This document shows, one piece after another, positions 52,022 to 64,000 of a DNA stretch of 64,000 bases. Positions within the stretch are counted from its first letter, which is position 1, and each line of letters starts with the position of its first letter. A model generated the notes under the pieces. That model searched no databases. It was not told the origin of the DNA and saw only the letters and a list, made by a program, of their open reading frames with translations. The stretch lies in contig CM097882.1 of assembly GCA_044892505.1 (NCBI GenBank), positions 100,130,001 through 100,194,000 on the forward strand. The letters run 5' to 3'. The translations under genes and the position numbers were made by a program. The stretch comes from Schmidtea nova. Taxonomy: Eukaryota.

Positions 52022-53689
52022 GATTCCAAAACGATGCTGAATTTTATAATAGTTACAATTTACATCAATAATTAATCATAGTAAATGTTATCTCTCATCG
52101 TGATTCCTTTATTATTTGCCTTCCCCTTAGACCTTAGCTGAAATCAAGAAAAAACTGTTGTTTGTTACAGTATGCATTACTCTCGTGTCTACTTAGATTT
52201 ATCTGTTTATGATCAATTTGATAGACGAAAAATTGATGATTTGTCTGCTTGGATTTTCAAAATATTGGTACCTCAAAACGGAAACTCTCTCCCGTCATGT
52301 ATCCCTAGTTTATTCGAAAAAACGCTCTTTTGTACCAAACGCGGTCGACAAAATTTTCCTAAGGTTTATTAGACGTTTATTAAACAGCGGCGCTATGGTG
52401 AGGGTGAAAAATTGTGCCTCCTCCCGGTTAACAACTTCTTTCATATCTTTAAGCTTTATCAAAAAATTCTCGTCCCCTCTGTAGCTAAAATGATCAGAAA
52501 ATAATTTCCCGGATTTGTTGGGTGTCCCATGTGCAAGTCTCAACCACTACTAATAAAATTGTGCTTTACTATTTATTACTTTACCGTGTGTGGAGCCCTC
52601 GAGCACCACGCCACGGACGGACACCTTGGGAACCTAAAGCTCCCAACGGCGCAAAATTAATATGATCATTATATATTTTAATGTTGAGTCTAATCACAAT
52701 AACGTTTAATTCATATAACAAATTTCAACACATGAATGCATAAACACATAAATAATTAGATCAATAGATAAATGACAAAGCAAATGACACAATCATGAAT
52801 AAAATAATACAGAAACCAAAATACCTAATTCGTCTGGGTTTGCTTCGATCGGTTCGTCTAGAATTCAAAGTCTATTTGATTAGTGAGCTAAATTTTACAC
52901 TCTCAACTGACGTTGTAAGATTAGGTATTAAGTCTGTTTTATCCAAAGTCTGATCAGTATTTATACTGATCAGTCTGATCTAGACTGACCAATCGGATTT
53001 GGCCGATTTCATGGTGGGTTTTAATTATTGTTTTTGATTCTAATTAATTTTTATTTTTTAGATTGTATTCTTCCTTGGAGGTCCGGGTTTCAAAAACAAT
53101 TATTCAATAACAAGTACTTTTATTTGGTTTTAATTATTATTATTTGTATTTTATTTGTTTTTAGATGTCTCCTGGGCCCGTTAATATCTATAAATTCATT
53201 TATTTTTATTTATAGCTTGTACTTAGTTATTCTATATTTTTACTATATTATTCCTTTCTTTTAATAAATAAATATTCCCCTTTTTACCTTATTTTTCTCT
53301 TTTTTGTTTTAAACAAGTACTTTTATTTGGTTTTAATTATTATTATTTGTATTTTATTTGTTTTTAGATGTCTCCTGGGCCCGTTAATATCTATAAATTC
53401 ATTTATTTTTATTTATAGCTTGTACTTAGTTATTCTATATTTTTACTATATTATTCCTTTCTTTTAATAAATAAATATTCCCCTTTTTACCTTATTTTTC
53501 TCTTTTTTGTTTTAATTAATCTACTTTTATTTCATTTTTTTCTCTATTTGGCTGGCCCAACAGAACTCTGAATTATCATCTATTGTTATCAAAATTAATT
53601 TGACAAAATGTGTTAGTTAATAGGAAAAACAAAATATTTGAATATCACTAATTTTCAAAATGTTTTTTTACGAAAATACGTATGAAGCA

Positions 53690-54130
53690 TTTGTTTTTGA
53701 GTCTAATGATATTAAGCACACTGAGATTAGTCGAGTAGATTACTAGGAATTTTAAAATTATTGTATTTATTGTATTTCTGTAATGAAATTTGTTGTATTT
53801 TTTTCTTGGCAAAAAATCGTAAAAAATTTAGATTTTTCATAATTTTTCAATTGAGAACCGTACTAGAGTTAACCGGGCCAACATCCCTTATAATATCATA
53901 CTACAAATCTTCTCTAAAAAGTTCACCATCCCGGTGAAAAACTGTGATTTGTACACAACAAACTTTCTTCACTTTTTAGCACTTTTAAAATATTAGCACA
54001 AAAAAATTATATTAGCTCTTTAAATGAATAAATATAAAAAAACGCGAAAAATCAGAAATTTCAGAAAGATGAGAATTTTGAAATTGCCAGGGAGTACATG
54101 CGCGTCTACTCATAGTGGTCCAGAGGGCTA
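53690..54130 (-). repeat. Dispersed non-autonomous DNA-element repeat, copy 2
   Basis: Diverged inverted match to 21698-22150 (for example catgcgcgtctactcatagtggtccagagggc). Confidence 0.4.
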
Positions 54131-55702
54131 AGTCTACTTATTCATTTCCTTTTTTTTATTACAATATTTTATAAATTAATTGACTTGCATTTTGGGTGCA
54201 CTAAATTATCTATCATAAAGTGTGCTTAAGATGTTGTCAATATCTGTAAACATTTATAGATATTTTATCATCTGACAAATAAAAATAAAGAGATTGGAAA
54301 ATAATTTTTCAAACAATGTTAATTTTACTACTTATTAATTATAATTAATGTTAAAAATGGTTTTCAGAAATTTATTATTATTATAATATTAAAAAATATA
54401 AAATCTTTGTATAGTTCTTTTTAATAATAGAAAAGTCTAATGTTTATTTTTAAAAAACTTATATACTTAACTTTTTTAAATTTTCAATTAAAAATCAAAT
54501 TAAAACCTCGCTTAAAAACTCAATGGATTTCTATCATAAATGAAGATTAAAAAGAATTCCATAAAATTTAATGCATTTTTTAGAAGAAATATTATTAAAA
54601 TTTACCATAAATCAGTAAAAATAATTTCCAATAATAATTTCAAATATTTACACGAACAGTTGGGATCAAAATAAAAATAAATGAAAATTTATTAAGAGAA
54701 CAAAAAAGAATAAATTTCATTAAAAAATACAAAAATGTTATTATATTATTAAAACAAGAAATCTGTGATAAATAAAATGCTATAATTTATTGGGGGACAT
54801 TCTTAAATTGATTTGTTTAAATGCATTGACCTTCAAAGGGTTTTTTAAAATATCTCATGACAATAAATTTAAATTTTATACAAACAAATTTAATTTCACT
54901 TAATTTCACTTAAAACATATAATCGTTTTTATAATTAATGGGATAATTATTTACGTTTTCTTTTTGCTTTTGTCTTAATGATAATAACAAAAGGAGGTGA
55001 TGTATTCAATATTTATTAAAATATTTACCATTCTTTAGTATTTTTATTTGGTGTTATTTACCTTGTTTTAAACATTTTAAAAATACAGCACCTTTGGGAC
55101 ACTGGGTAAAAGGGTATTTGGTTGGGCAGAAAACGTGTCAACTTTACGTTGAATTCATTCAATACATCTAATACATTCTATAAGTATTCCTATTCAATAC
55201 TTTTACACCTATTTCCGAAAAAAATGGATAAGATTATACATTTGAATTTTAGACGGAAAATTCTTTTAAATTTTAATTCTTTGCTTATGCAATTTGATCT
55301 GGAGGACAGGTTGTTTGTCATTTATAACATGTTTCATAGGAAAATTTAATGGGAAATATTCTATTTGATATTAGATATCATTAATAATTTAACAATATAA
55401 TTGGGTAATTTAATATGGGAAAGATATTAATATATTATGAGACAATTTTAAAATTTTTAATAAAAAAAATTATTTTAAATTTTAAAAAATAAAATGTTTT
55501 TTTATTTGTTTTGAAATTTATTTAACGATTTAATGATTAATATTAATTATTATTATTATTATTATTATTAATTCAATTATGCGTACACACTTGAAAAATT
55601 CTGCACCGGAATATCATATACATAATAAAATATTTTTTTTTGATCTACATTATTACTAAAATTAATATGAAAATTATTGAATTAAATAAGATAAAAAATG
55701 AA

Positions 55703-56351
55703 NNNNNNNNNNNNNNNNNNNNNNNNNNNNNNNNNNNNNNNNNNNNNNNNNNNNNNNNNNNNNNNNNNNNNNNNNNNNNNNNNNNNNNNNNNNNNNNNNN
55801 NNNNNNNNNNNNNNNNNNNNNNNNNNNNNNNNNNNNNNNNNNNNNNNNNNNNNNNNNNNNNNNNNNNNNNNNNNNNNNNNNNNNNNNNNNNNNNNNNNNN
55901 NNNNNNNNNNNNNNNNNNNNNNNNNNNNNNNNNNNNNNNNNNNNNNNNNNNNNNNNNNNNNNNNNNNNNNNNNNNNNNNNNNNNNNNNNNNNNNNNNNNN
56001 NNNNNNNNNNNNNNNNNNNNNNNNNNNNNNNNNNNNNNNNNNNNNNNNNNNNNNNNNNNNNNNNNNNNNNNNNNNNNNNNNNNNNNNNNNNNNNNNNNNN
56101 NNNNNNNNNNNNNNNNNNNNNNNNNNNNNNNNNNNNNNNNNNNNNNNNNNNNNNNNNNNNNNNNNNNNNNNNNNNNNNNNNNNNNNNNNNNNNNNNNNNN
56201 NNNNNNNNNNNNNNNNNNNNNNNNNNNNNNNNNNNNNNNNNNNNNNNNNNNNNNNNNNNNNNNNNNNNNNNNNNNNNNNNNNNNNNNNNNNNNNNNNNNN
56301 NNNNNNNNNNNNNNNNNNNNNNNNNNNNNNNNNNNNNNNNNNNNNNNNNNN
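55703..56351. other. Assembly gap (N run)
   Basis: Run of N. Confidence 1.
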
Positions 56352-58434
56352 NTTTAAAACAATTAAATAATATAACTTTTTTTATTTTATTTATTTTCTA
56401 AAATTGAAAAGTTATTGAAATCGAATTAATTCATAAATACATCATCAAAAGAAAATGTTGAATTTGAAATGAATGATAAAATATTAATAATATATTTTAT
56501 GAAAAATTATTTTTCTTGACTTTTATATAAAAAATCATTTTTTAAAGTCTAATAATGAAATCTTCCTAGAACAAAACAATAACCTATTTATATCGTAGTA
56601 TTAATTAATTTAGTCCTTTTATCATTAGTTTTTTTATCCAATCTTATGCGAGATACGTGAGATTCACAGATTTGTCTTGCATCATTTTACATTTCTAGTT
56701 GGCGGGGGCGAGAAATATCCACGGAATGTTAATGTACAAGTAACACAAATCGAATTCCATTTACCCATGAAATTTGTAGTTTTATGAATTTCACAAGTGA
56801 ATTCACTAAGTGCTCCATCGATATTCATTATATCAACTTCCTTCAATTTCTATCTTTGGTCTTCTTTCGTTTCCCCACAAAATAATTTGAACATTATAAA
56901 TGAAGTAAATTTTGAGGTTAGGAAACAAATATTTTTTTAGTTTGATTATACAATAATCGATTAGAAATAAAGGACATTTTGTGGCTAAAGAGATCGGGAG
57001 GTTCGGAGCAAAGAACTCACCTTTCAGAAAATGGAGAAATGACCAAAAAATGATTTTATATTTAAGCCTTACCAAGTGCAAGGTGAATCTTGTCTTTCTG
57101 ATTTGAGTTCCACGAACGTATCTAGATCTTTCTACAACAAAGCTCTAAACTTTAGAGTCTAAATAAAAACATAAATGACTTGAGATTCAATAATTAATAA
57201 AGGTTTTTTGGATGTTGCCTAAAAGATAGAATGGATATCAACACAATGAGCTTTCAGTTGTTAAGCTTAATACTTGTCTTTGTATATCACGTTTTGGTAG
57301 GAAAAAGGTAGTTAAAAATTGATTACTTACAGAATCACAAAAACAAAAAGAATAGTCATGAACACACATTGAGTACATAGACCAAGGGTTCACAAAGTAA
57401 TTCAAATGAACCTCAAAGATTGATTGCATTAAGTAGGTTTTCTCTGAAGACCTAGGAATTGTATGGAAGTGGATAGGCAACGGTTACTAATTTAAGACTG
57501 GGATACCCTAAGATTGGCTGATGAGACAATATGTTCTTTTAGACGTTTAGTTCGATCTTTGAGGAAAAGCTTATTATCCAGTTGTCAGAATTGAAATAAT
57601 TTATATGATAATAGAAAATAGTGAGATGTGTTCTTTTTGGCTAAAAAATGGAAAACTCACAGATCACCATGATGAGTTATTTCTCTAAGAGAGTGATTCA
57701 GTGTACAAGATGATGCGTCATACATTTTAGTCTGATTTACAAAGGTTCAAAATATTTCGATGACTCGTCAATATTGAAATAAAAATAAAAATTTCCAAGT
57801 CAAAACAAAGCCCTCCTATAAATCAAAGGTACCCCCCCGCCCCTGTTGAATCCTAATTGGCGCCCCCCAAAGATAATTTTTATGAATGTGTACAAGCATT
57901 AAGATTAATCCGATCACTGACACTGACAATTTAATATATCTTTGATTTGGAAGAGCTAAATGGATTGAAATGTATTCTACTATCACTGCAGCATACAGCT
58001 GCTCAGAGTCACCGTTTATATTATTATTATTATTATTGATAGTACCTATTACTCAGCTATGTTGTTAAACATAGTTGATGCAGCACAGCAGCAGGCATAT
58101 TCTTCAGTAGTGCAGATTACAGCTTACTCAGCAGTGCTGAGACTGCCACTAGCCAGACGGCCTGGCCTTTCTTTTATTACAGTTTTGTCTGTGTACAAAG
58201 TTCAACTGGATTTAAGCAACTCCAGCTGTTATGCTGCATCATATTAATAATATTACATAGCTCCTTTGAAGAGCGACAGTTTGACTTTTTTAAGCTTGTA
58301 TAGTGTTTGTACATAAATCTAACCATAATAATTATTGTCAATTTGGACTTTTATGACAAACAAATTATTGCGTTAGTATTGAAATATTAAAATAATATTC
58401 AATATTGAATTAAAATAAAATTTAAATTAGAGCC

Positions 58435-59170
58435 ATGGCTGAGTCAACTGGTGACACTAATAAAAGAAAATCAGTTACCAAATTAAGTGGATCATCTAGG
58501 CGTAAATTGGCAAAGGAAGCCAGTCTCAAGGCAGATGCTAGCAAATGTATTAAGTTAACATCATTTATTACTAAACAGTCTAAACTGCCAGTAGTTCAAT
58601 CAGCTGAAGTTTCTGCTAAAAATGTGCATGTATTTGATGATCAACACCCATCTACGCATTCGAGTTCCTGTACTGAGCCTGCTGAGACAGAAACATCATC
58701 TGAAGTTCTTGTTGAAGATAAGCAAGTACTATCTGTAGTTGATGATCAACACCCAGCTATACATTCATGTACAGAAAATACTGAGACGGTAACATTACCT
58801 GCTCAGGGCTTGAAACATAATCAGGGTGGTTTAGAATTTGATACAGTGGAAAAACAACTTGCTTCAGATATTTTACAAGAACCACTTCTTCCTCAATCCG
58901 ACTTTCCTACAGATCCAGGACTCTACATTAATACGAGCATAAGCTCGAAACTGATACGAAAATTGTTTGAAATCGGACCATGTCAACCTGGACTCAATGA
59001 ACCATTTCAATTTCCGACAGATGAATTGGGGCGCAAGTTTCAAATTTCTTGGTACACAAAATGTTTTGGAAAAGGTAGTATGAAGGAGGAAAGAAATTGG
59101 CTTGTCTATTCACCAACAAATCAAAAAATGCATTGCCAAGCTTGCTGGTTATTCGCTGATTGTACACAAA
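58435..59170 (+). pseudogene. hAT transposase N-terminus (ZMYM1-like, TTF-type zinc finger), truncated
   Basis: DPGLY..IGPCQP..FP..GRKFQISWY..RNWLVYSPTNQKMHCQACWLF; similarity ends where the Penelope sequence begins. Confidence 0.75.
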
Positions 59171-59179
59171 CACTTGATA

Positions 59180-60360
59180 ACCCCTACGATCGCCACGTCA
59201 AAAGATATTCCAATCACACATCGCCGTCACATAATGTACAACATTCCAACCACCAACCAACGACACGCACACCATCCTACATGTATTTTCCTTTCTCGCG
59301 TTGTTAGCTAGAGCTTGCCTTAATGTCTTAGATCTATGTGCCAAACGAATCGGAAGGCCAGTGAGATTAAGTTCTTTGATAATCATGAAATTTATTCGGT
59401 CACTGATAAAAGGAATTCGAAGGTAGAAATATTTCTTTTCCTTTTGTAGGTCTTTCTACCTTCTCTGGTTGAATTTTACTTTGTTGATCTCGAAAATATT
59501 ATGGTATCCGTTACGATGCAGGACTTCAGTAAATATTGTTTGTTGTACTGAATTGTCCTCTTCATTTGTGCATCGATTAGCTATCCCTTGTCTCTCATTT
59601 CTAATGACGTTTACCTTCTGCAGATGAGGAAGTGCTGATCTTTGGTGCATAAATATTTCTTTGTAGGCTGATTTTCTGTAGAACCCATATGCTGATGTGT
59701 CTGAGTTGATTTTTATTCTCAGATCTAATAGTTCGAGGGATCCGTCTTCTTTCGGGTATTCAATCTCGAATTTTATTCCAATGTGTGCCGCGTTGAAGAT
59801 ACGAAATATTTCTTCCGCTTCCATTTTGCTATTTGTCGTGATAAATATATCGTCTACATATCGTGCGTATATACCAATGGTATTTATGGTTATCAGTGTT
59901 TGTTGTTCGAGATAATATATGAATATAATCGCTAGTATGGCTGAAATACTAGATCCCATTGGCAGGCCTCTTACTTGTTGGTATACTTTCTGTTCAAATG
60001 TAAAGTAGGTGTTTGCTAGAATTACAGTTAGAAGTTCAATGATGTCCTCTGTCTGCATCTCATTTATTGTAAGTTTACATTTTTGTAACTTTCTTTCTAA
60101 ACAATCTATAGCATCTTTAGAGTGGATAGAGGTGTATAGGGATACCACATCGAGGCTAAAGGGATAAGTGAATTTTGCATGGGTGTTTTTATCTGTTTTA
60201 TTCAATTTTGACATAAGACAGTCACTGCTTTGAAGATGGTGTGGTACTTGGTTTAGCAGCGGTTTCAGAATTTTGGAGAGAAGCCAACTTACTTTGGTTG
60301 TTGTACCTTTTGTATTGGATACAATTGGTCTAATCTTGATCGCGGGACCTGTTTTGTGGG
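59180..60360 (-). mobile_element. Penelope-like retroelement fragment (RT plus start of the endonuclease linker)
   Basis: KTHK..IRPIVS, SLDVVSLYTSI, YQQVRGLPMGSSIS, YARYVDDIF, LLDLRI, YRKS; frameshifted 3' part. Confidence 0.88.
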
Positions 60361-61438
60361 TTTTAATTAAACAGTAAAATTTTTATTATATAAATATATA
60401 TATATTATTAAATTAAATATATTTTATCTACATTTGGTTTTATTTTTGTTTTAATATTCACTAAAAAATGACAAGCAAGGTTATTCAAATTCAAAAGATG
60501 AGAGTTTCGTTAACAAAGAAGCACCAATCATATTCAAATGCGAAGACGACAGATTTAATTATTAAGAAGAAGGAAACAAATCAAGACTCAACGCTCCGAC
60601 ATTTTTGGTTAAATAAAATTTTATTATTTACAGTCATTTATTTCAGTGCTACTAAACTTATGATAAATATATTAAAATCAAAATTATCAATTTAAATTCA
60701 AAAATAAAAAGTCAATTAGAAAAATAATAATTAAAGTTAAGTTAAATTAAAGTTATTAATTAAAATAAGTTAATAAATTTAAATTAATTAAAATAAGTTA
60801 ATAAATTAAATAATAAAAATAAAAAATAAAAAAATTTTAAAGTTATCAAAAGGCATACTTCTGTCTTTTGATAAGTCGAAAGAGAGGGTGGGGTACCAAA
60901 AAGTGCTTAATCAGTAACAAATAAAACTATATGCAGTGACATATTGATATGACTGGAGAAATTCAAAAGAATCTTTACAAGAATTGCATTTTTTGCATTA
61001 TTTGCAGAAATGACAGATGATTTATGGAATTTACTTAAATATTTTGAAACAAAATTTTAAAGTTTGTTTTTAACCACTAAAACAAGTTACCTAATTGAAT
61101 ATTTACTTTTTGTTAATTTCTTTTGTTATATTTAATTTAGATAATTAATTACAAATCCGACCAGAGGCAATTAAATCATTTATTAATTTCAAAAAATAAC
61201 TATTGAAATGGCAAATCTTTTATTTGTACATAATTTCAAGTTATAATTATTTATCCGTAAAATATTAATTAAATAATTTTTCTAATTAATTATTTTTTAA
61301 TTATACTGAATTATTAACACCGAGATTTTCATCAAAGGAAATCGGTTATTACACTAATACTTTTATATTATTTTATCCTTTTTAAAACTCTCCGTCGTAA
61401 TTATTAGCTGATTATTTTTCTGTTAAATAATTACAGAA

Positions 61439-61569
61439 NNNNNNNNNNNNNNNNNNNNNNNNNNNNNNNNNNNNNNNNNNNNNNNNNNNNNNNNNNNNNN
61501 NNNNNNNNNNNNNNNNNNNNNNNNNNNNNNNNNNNNNNNNNNNNNNNNNNNNNNNNNNNNNNNNNNNNN
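61439..61569. other. Assembly gap (N run)
   Basis: Run of N. Confidence 1.
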
Positions 61570-62046
61570 AAACAATGTTCAAACGATATTTAAACAATTT
61601 AGTCTAAATTTCTTGTCATTATTGACAATTTCCAGTAGATTGCACTTGGAGAAAATTTTCATTATTTATTTCACAAATAATATTAATATACATTTATATA
61701 AAACAATAATGTTAATTTAAAATTCATGAAAACAAGAACATAAAATAACCAATTATTATCATCATTATTCTTAATTTTTTTCTTATTATTATTTTAAGAA
61801 AAAAACAATATTAAAAAGAATTTTTAATAAAATGCTCTTTTTATAAATATTTCGTATGTAAATCATGTATGTTAAAGTATTAGTCTAATTTAAAATACAA
61901 TATTATTAAAACAAATTATAACGTTAATTTGTTTGAGGAGTTTCTAAAAATATAATTAATGTATAAGTAAGGATTTCATCATACAATCAAACATGCACAG
62001 CATCATACCATTTATATTTTAATACAAATTACAAAAACGCCTCACA
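61570..62046 (-). repeat. 3' LTR (partial) of the Gypsy element at the right edge
   Basis: Starts TGTGAG right after the PPT; the far end is not resolved before the gap. Confidence 0.5.
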
Positions 62047-64000
62047 TCCCCCCTTTTTTAAAAATCTTTAACCACTCAATATTTCTCGTGACGGCACTTC
62101 CATTTTCCAATTTTATTTCATAACTTCGATCATGAATCTTTTTAGTAATTACACCTGGACCCATGTATCTATTATCACCTTTATTTCGAACATTTACTTT
62201 GATTAACACGCAATCTCCAATTTGAAATTCACGATTTGTCGTCTTATTGATTTTTTCTTCTTCCAAAATTTCTGAGAACCATTCACTAAAGATCTTTTTT
62301 CCAAACACCATTTCAGCTGGAGTCTTTCTAATAGTTTTTTGAAACGTTGAATTCATCATAAACTGTACTTCGGGAAGAACATCTACCCATGATTTAAGTC
62401 TTTTATCTTTGAGTGTTATCTGTATTGCATCTCTAATTGTACGGAATTGTCTCTCAATCTGTCCATTTGCTGAATGATGATATGGACTTGAATAATTAAT
62501 TTCAATATTGTGGAATTCTGCAAAATCTTTCATTAGCTTTGATTCAAATGATTTACCTCTGTCACAGTTTATTATCCTTGGTGCACCAAACTTCATTATC
62601 CACTCTTCTTTCAGTAATCTTACCACTGTTTTTTCATCTTGCGATTTTACCGCATGTAAAGAAATAAACTTACTATGATGATCTATAATCCCAAGAATAT
62701 ATCTTTCTCCTCTCATTGCAAGTTGTAATGGACCACAAAAATCTACATAGATTGTTTCAAATAATTTCGAATCACTTTTGCAAATTATTTCTTCTTTTGT
62801 TTTAGTTGTATCAACCTTTCTTTTCTGACAGTTTTCACAGGCTTGTACAACATTACGAATAGATTGCTCCAAATCTTTCATATGAAAATTGTTTGATACG
62901 TACATTTTTACTTTTTTAGCACCCGCGTGACAGAGCTTTTTATGATATTCTATGATGAATTTGGACTTGTTTTCCTCAGGAATCCAAATTTTATTATTAT
63001 TGGTCATAATCACTCCGTTGACATATTTAAAAAATGTTTTATCTGGCATCATACTAATATTTTCTTTAATATTTTCAATTTCTTTTGAGTTCTTTTGCCA
63101 TTTATTTTCAATATTTTCAGTCATCAGTGTCAACAATCTTGTTTTTAATTTACCCATTTTAGGATTTTCATGAATCATTTGACATTGAACACATGTTTCA
63201 CATTCTTTTCTAGATAGAGCGTCGGCATTATTGTGGTTATCACCTTTTCTGTATTGAATCTCCATGTCCAGACCACTAAGATGGTTAATCCAAGTTTGAA
63301 ATTGTGGAGTAATAGCTTTCTTTGTCTTCATCATAAAAGTAATGGCTTTGTGATCCGTTCTCAAAATAAACTTTTTACCACATAAATAGTGCTTAAAATG
63401 ACCAGTAAAATAAAATATAGATAGTAATTCCTTTCTTGTTATACAATAGCCTAATTCGTGTTTATTCATAGCTCGAGATCCATATGCGATTACTCTTTCT
63501 TTATTTTCATCTTCCTGAGATAGAACAGCACCGATTCGGTCAAAACTTGCATCTGTATCCAAAATGAATGGTTTAGAAAAATCTGGAAACTTCAATACAG
63601 GTGAAGACGTTAATTTCAGTTTTAAATTTTGAAATGAAGTTTCACACTCATCAGTCCACATAAGCTTCTTTTGTTTACTTCCACATAACGCTTCTAATAC
63701 TTTGGAATCTTTGGTGTAATTTTCTATAAATCTGCGATAGTAATTTGCCAGGCCTAAAAATCCTCTCAAGCTTTTTACGCATTTAGGTCTTTCAAAATTT
63801 TTAATAGTTTCAATCTTGCTTTCATCCGTACGTATTCCATTTTCACTAATGATATGACCCAAAAACTTTACTTCTTTCCTTTTGAATTGACATTTTGCTG
63901 GACTTATTTTTAGATTCGCTAATTTAATCTTTTGAAAAACCTTTTCAATGGTGCTATAATGTTCATTCAATGTCTTTGAAAATATAAGGATATCATCCAG
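62042..64000 (-). CDS. pol: Ty3/Gypsy pol (RT end, RNase H, integrase), open to the window edge
   Basis: LDDILIFS at the edge; LDTDASFD, LRTDHKA, YHKKLCHAG..CENC, YVDFCGP, NCDRG, GQIERQFRT; no stops. Confidence 0.92.
   Translation of the reverse strand: MDDILIFSKTLNEHYSTIEKVFQKIKLANLKISPAKCQFKRKEVKFLGHIISENGIRTDESKIETIKNFERPKCVKSLRGFLGLANYYRRFIENYTKDSKVLEALCGSKQKKLMWTDECETSFQNLKLKLTSSPVLKFPDFSKPFILDTDASFDRIGAVLSQEDENKERVIAYGSRAMNKHELGYCITRKELLSIFYFTGHFKHYLCGKKFILRTDHKAITFMMKTKKAITPQFQTWINHLSGLDMEIQYRKGDNHNNADALSRKECETCVQCQMIHENPKMGKLKTRLLTLMTENIENKWQKNSKEIENIKENISMMPDKTFFKYVNGVIMTNNNKIWIPEENKSKFIIEYHKKLCHAGAKKVKMYVSNNFHMKDLEQSIRNVVQACENCQKRKVDTTKTKEEIICKSDSKLFETIYVDFCGPLQLAMRGERYILGIIDHHSKFISLHAVKSQDEKTVVRLLKEEWIMKFGAPRIINCDRGKSFESKLMKDFAEFHNIEINYSSPYHHSANGQIERQFRTIRDAIQITLKDKRLKSWVDVLPEVQFMMNSTFQKTIRKTPAEMVFGKKIFSEWFSEILEEEKINKTTNREFQIGDCVLIKVNVRNKGDNRYMGPGVITKKIHDRSYEIKLENGSAVTRNIEWLKIFKKGGM
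62047..62059 (-). promoter_or_regulatory. Polypurine tract
   Basis: AAAAAAGGGGGGA (minus strand) immediately before TGTGAG. Confidence 0.8.

Larger units (their letters stand above)
24791..53562 (-). mobile_element. Giant (28,772 bp) intact env-bearing Ty3/Gypsy LTR retroelement (Burro-like)
   Basis: Two 3,446-bp direct repeats offset by 25,326 bp, TG..CA termini, TSD GAAC (24787-24790 and 53563-53566), a PBS, and an uninterrupted gag-env-pol ORF with PR-RT-RH-IN order. Confidence 0.97.
50117..53562 (-). repeat. 5' LTR (3,446 bp)
   Basis: Direct repeat of 24791-28236, followed on the minus strand by the PBS. Confidence 0.97.

Noticed and set aside
1-64000. Prokaryotic or free-virus origin of the window
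   Set aside because: Eukaryotic transposon superfamilies with TSDs, host pseudogenes and scaffold gaps indicate chromosomal eukaryotic DNA. The TTG/GTG starts in the ORF track are not meaningful here.

Overview
This is very AT-rich eukaryotic DNA with three N-gaps and no intact host gene that I can support. The repeat landscape fits a planarian-type genome (inference). The centrepiece is an apparently intact, recently inserted 28,772-bp Ty3/Gypsy LTR element on the minus strand (24791-53562). It has 3,446-bp TG..CA LTRs, a GAAC target-site duplication and a tRNA-Pro primer-binding site. It encodes one uninterrupted ~5,100-aa polyprotein: Gag with 3 CCHC knuckles, ubiquitin-like modules, a BCL2-like domain, a signal peptide plus chuvirus-type fusion glycoprotein plus TM, PR, RT, RNase H, IN, ankyrin repeats, a second signal peptide, 4 FN3-like repeats and a TM. 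Separate accessory ORFs encode an IAP-type RING protein, a full-length TRAF, two coiled-coil proteins and a small membrane protein, and two more ORFs lie inside the LTR. It resembles the giant planarian 'Burro' elements (recalled from the literature, not checked). It looks like an enveloped endogenous retrovirus carrying cell-death and immune-signalling modules, with Env placed in frame between Gag and protease. The flanks hold decayed or non-autonomous mariner, Tc1, hAT, Penelope, Polinton and Gypsy elements, a diverged relative of the giant LTR, and a PP1/SMYD5/PSMA6 gene-fragment mosaic. Domain calls are by motif recognition only; no database searches were run.
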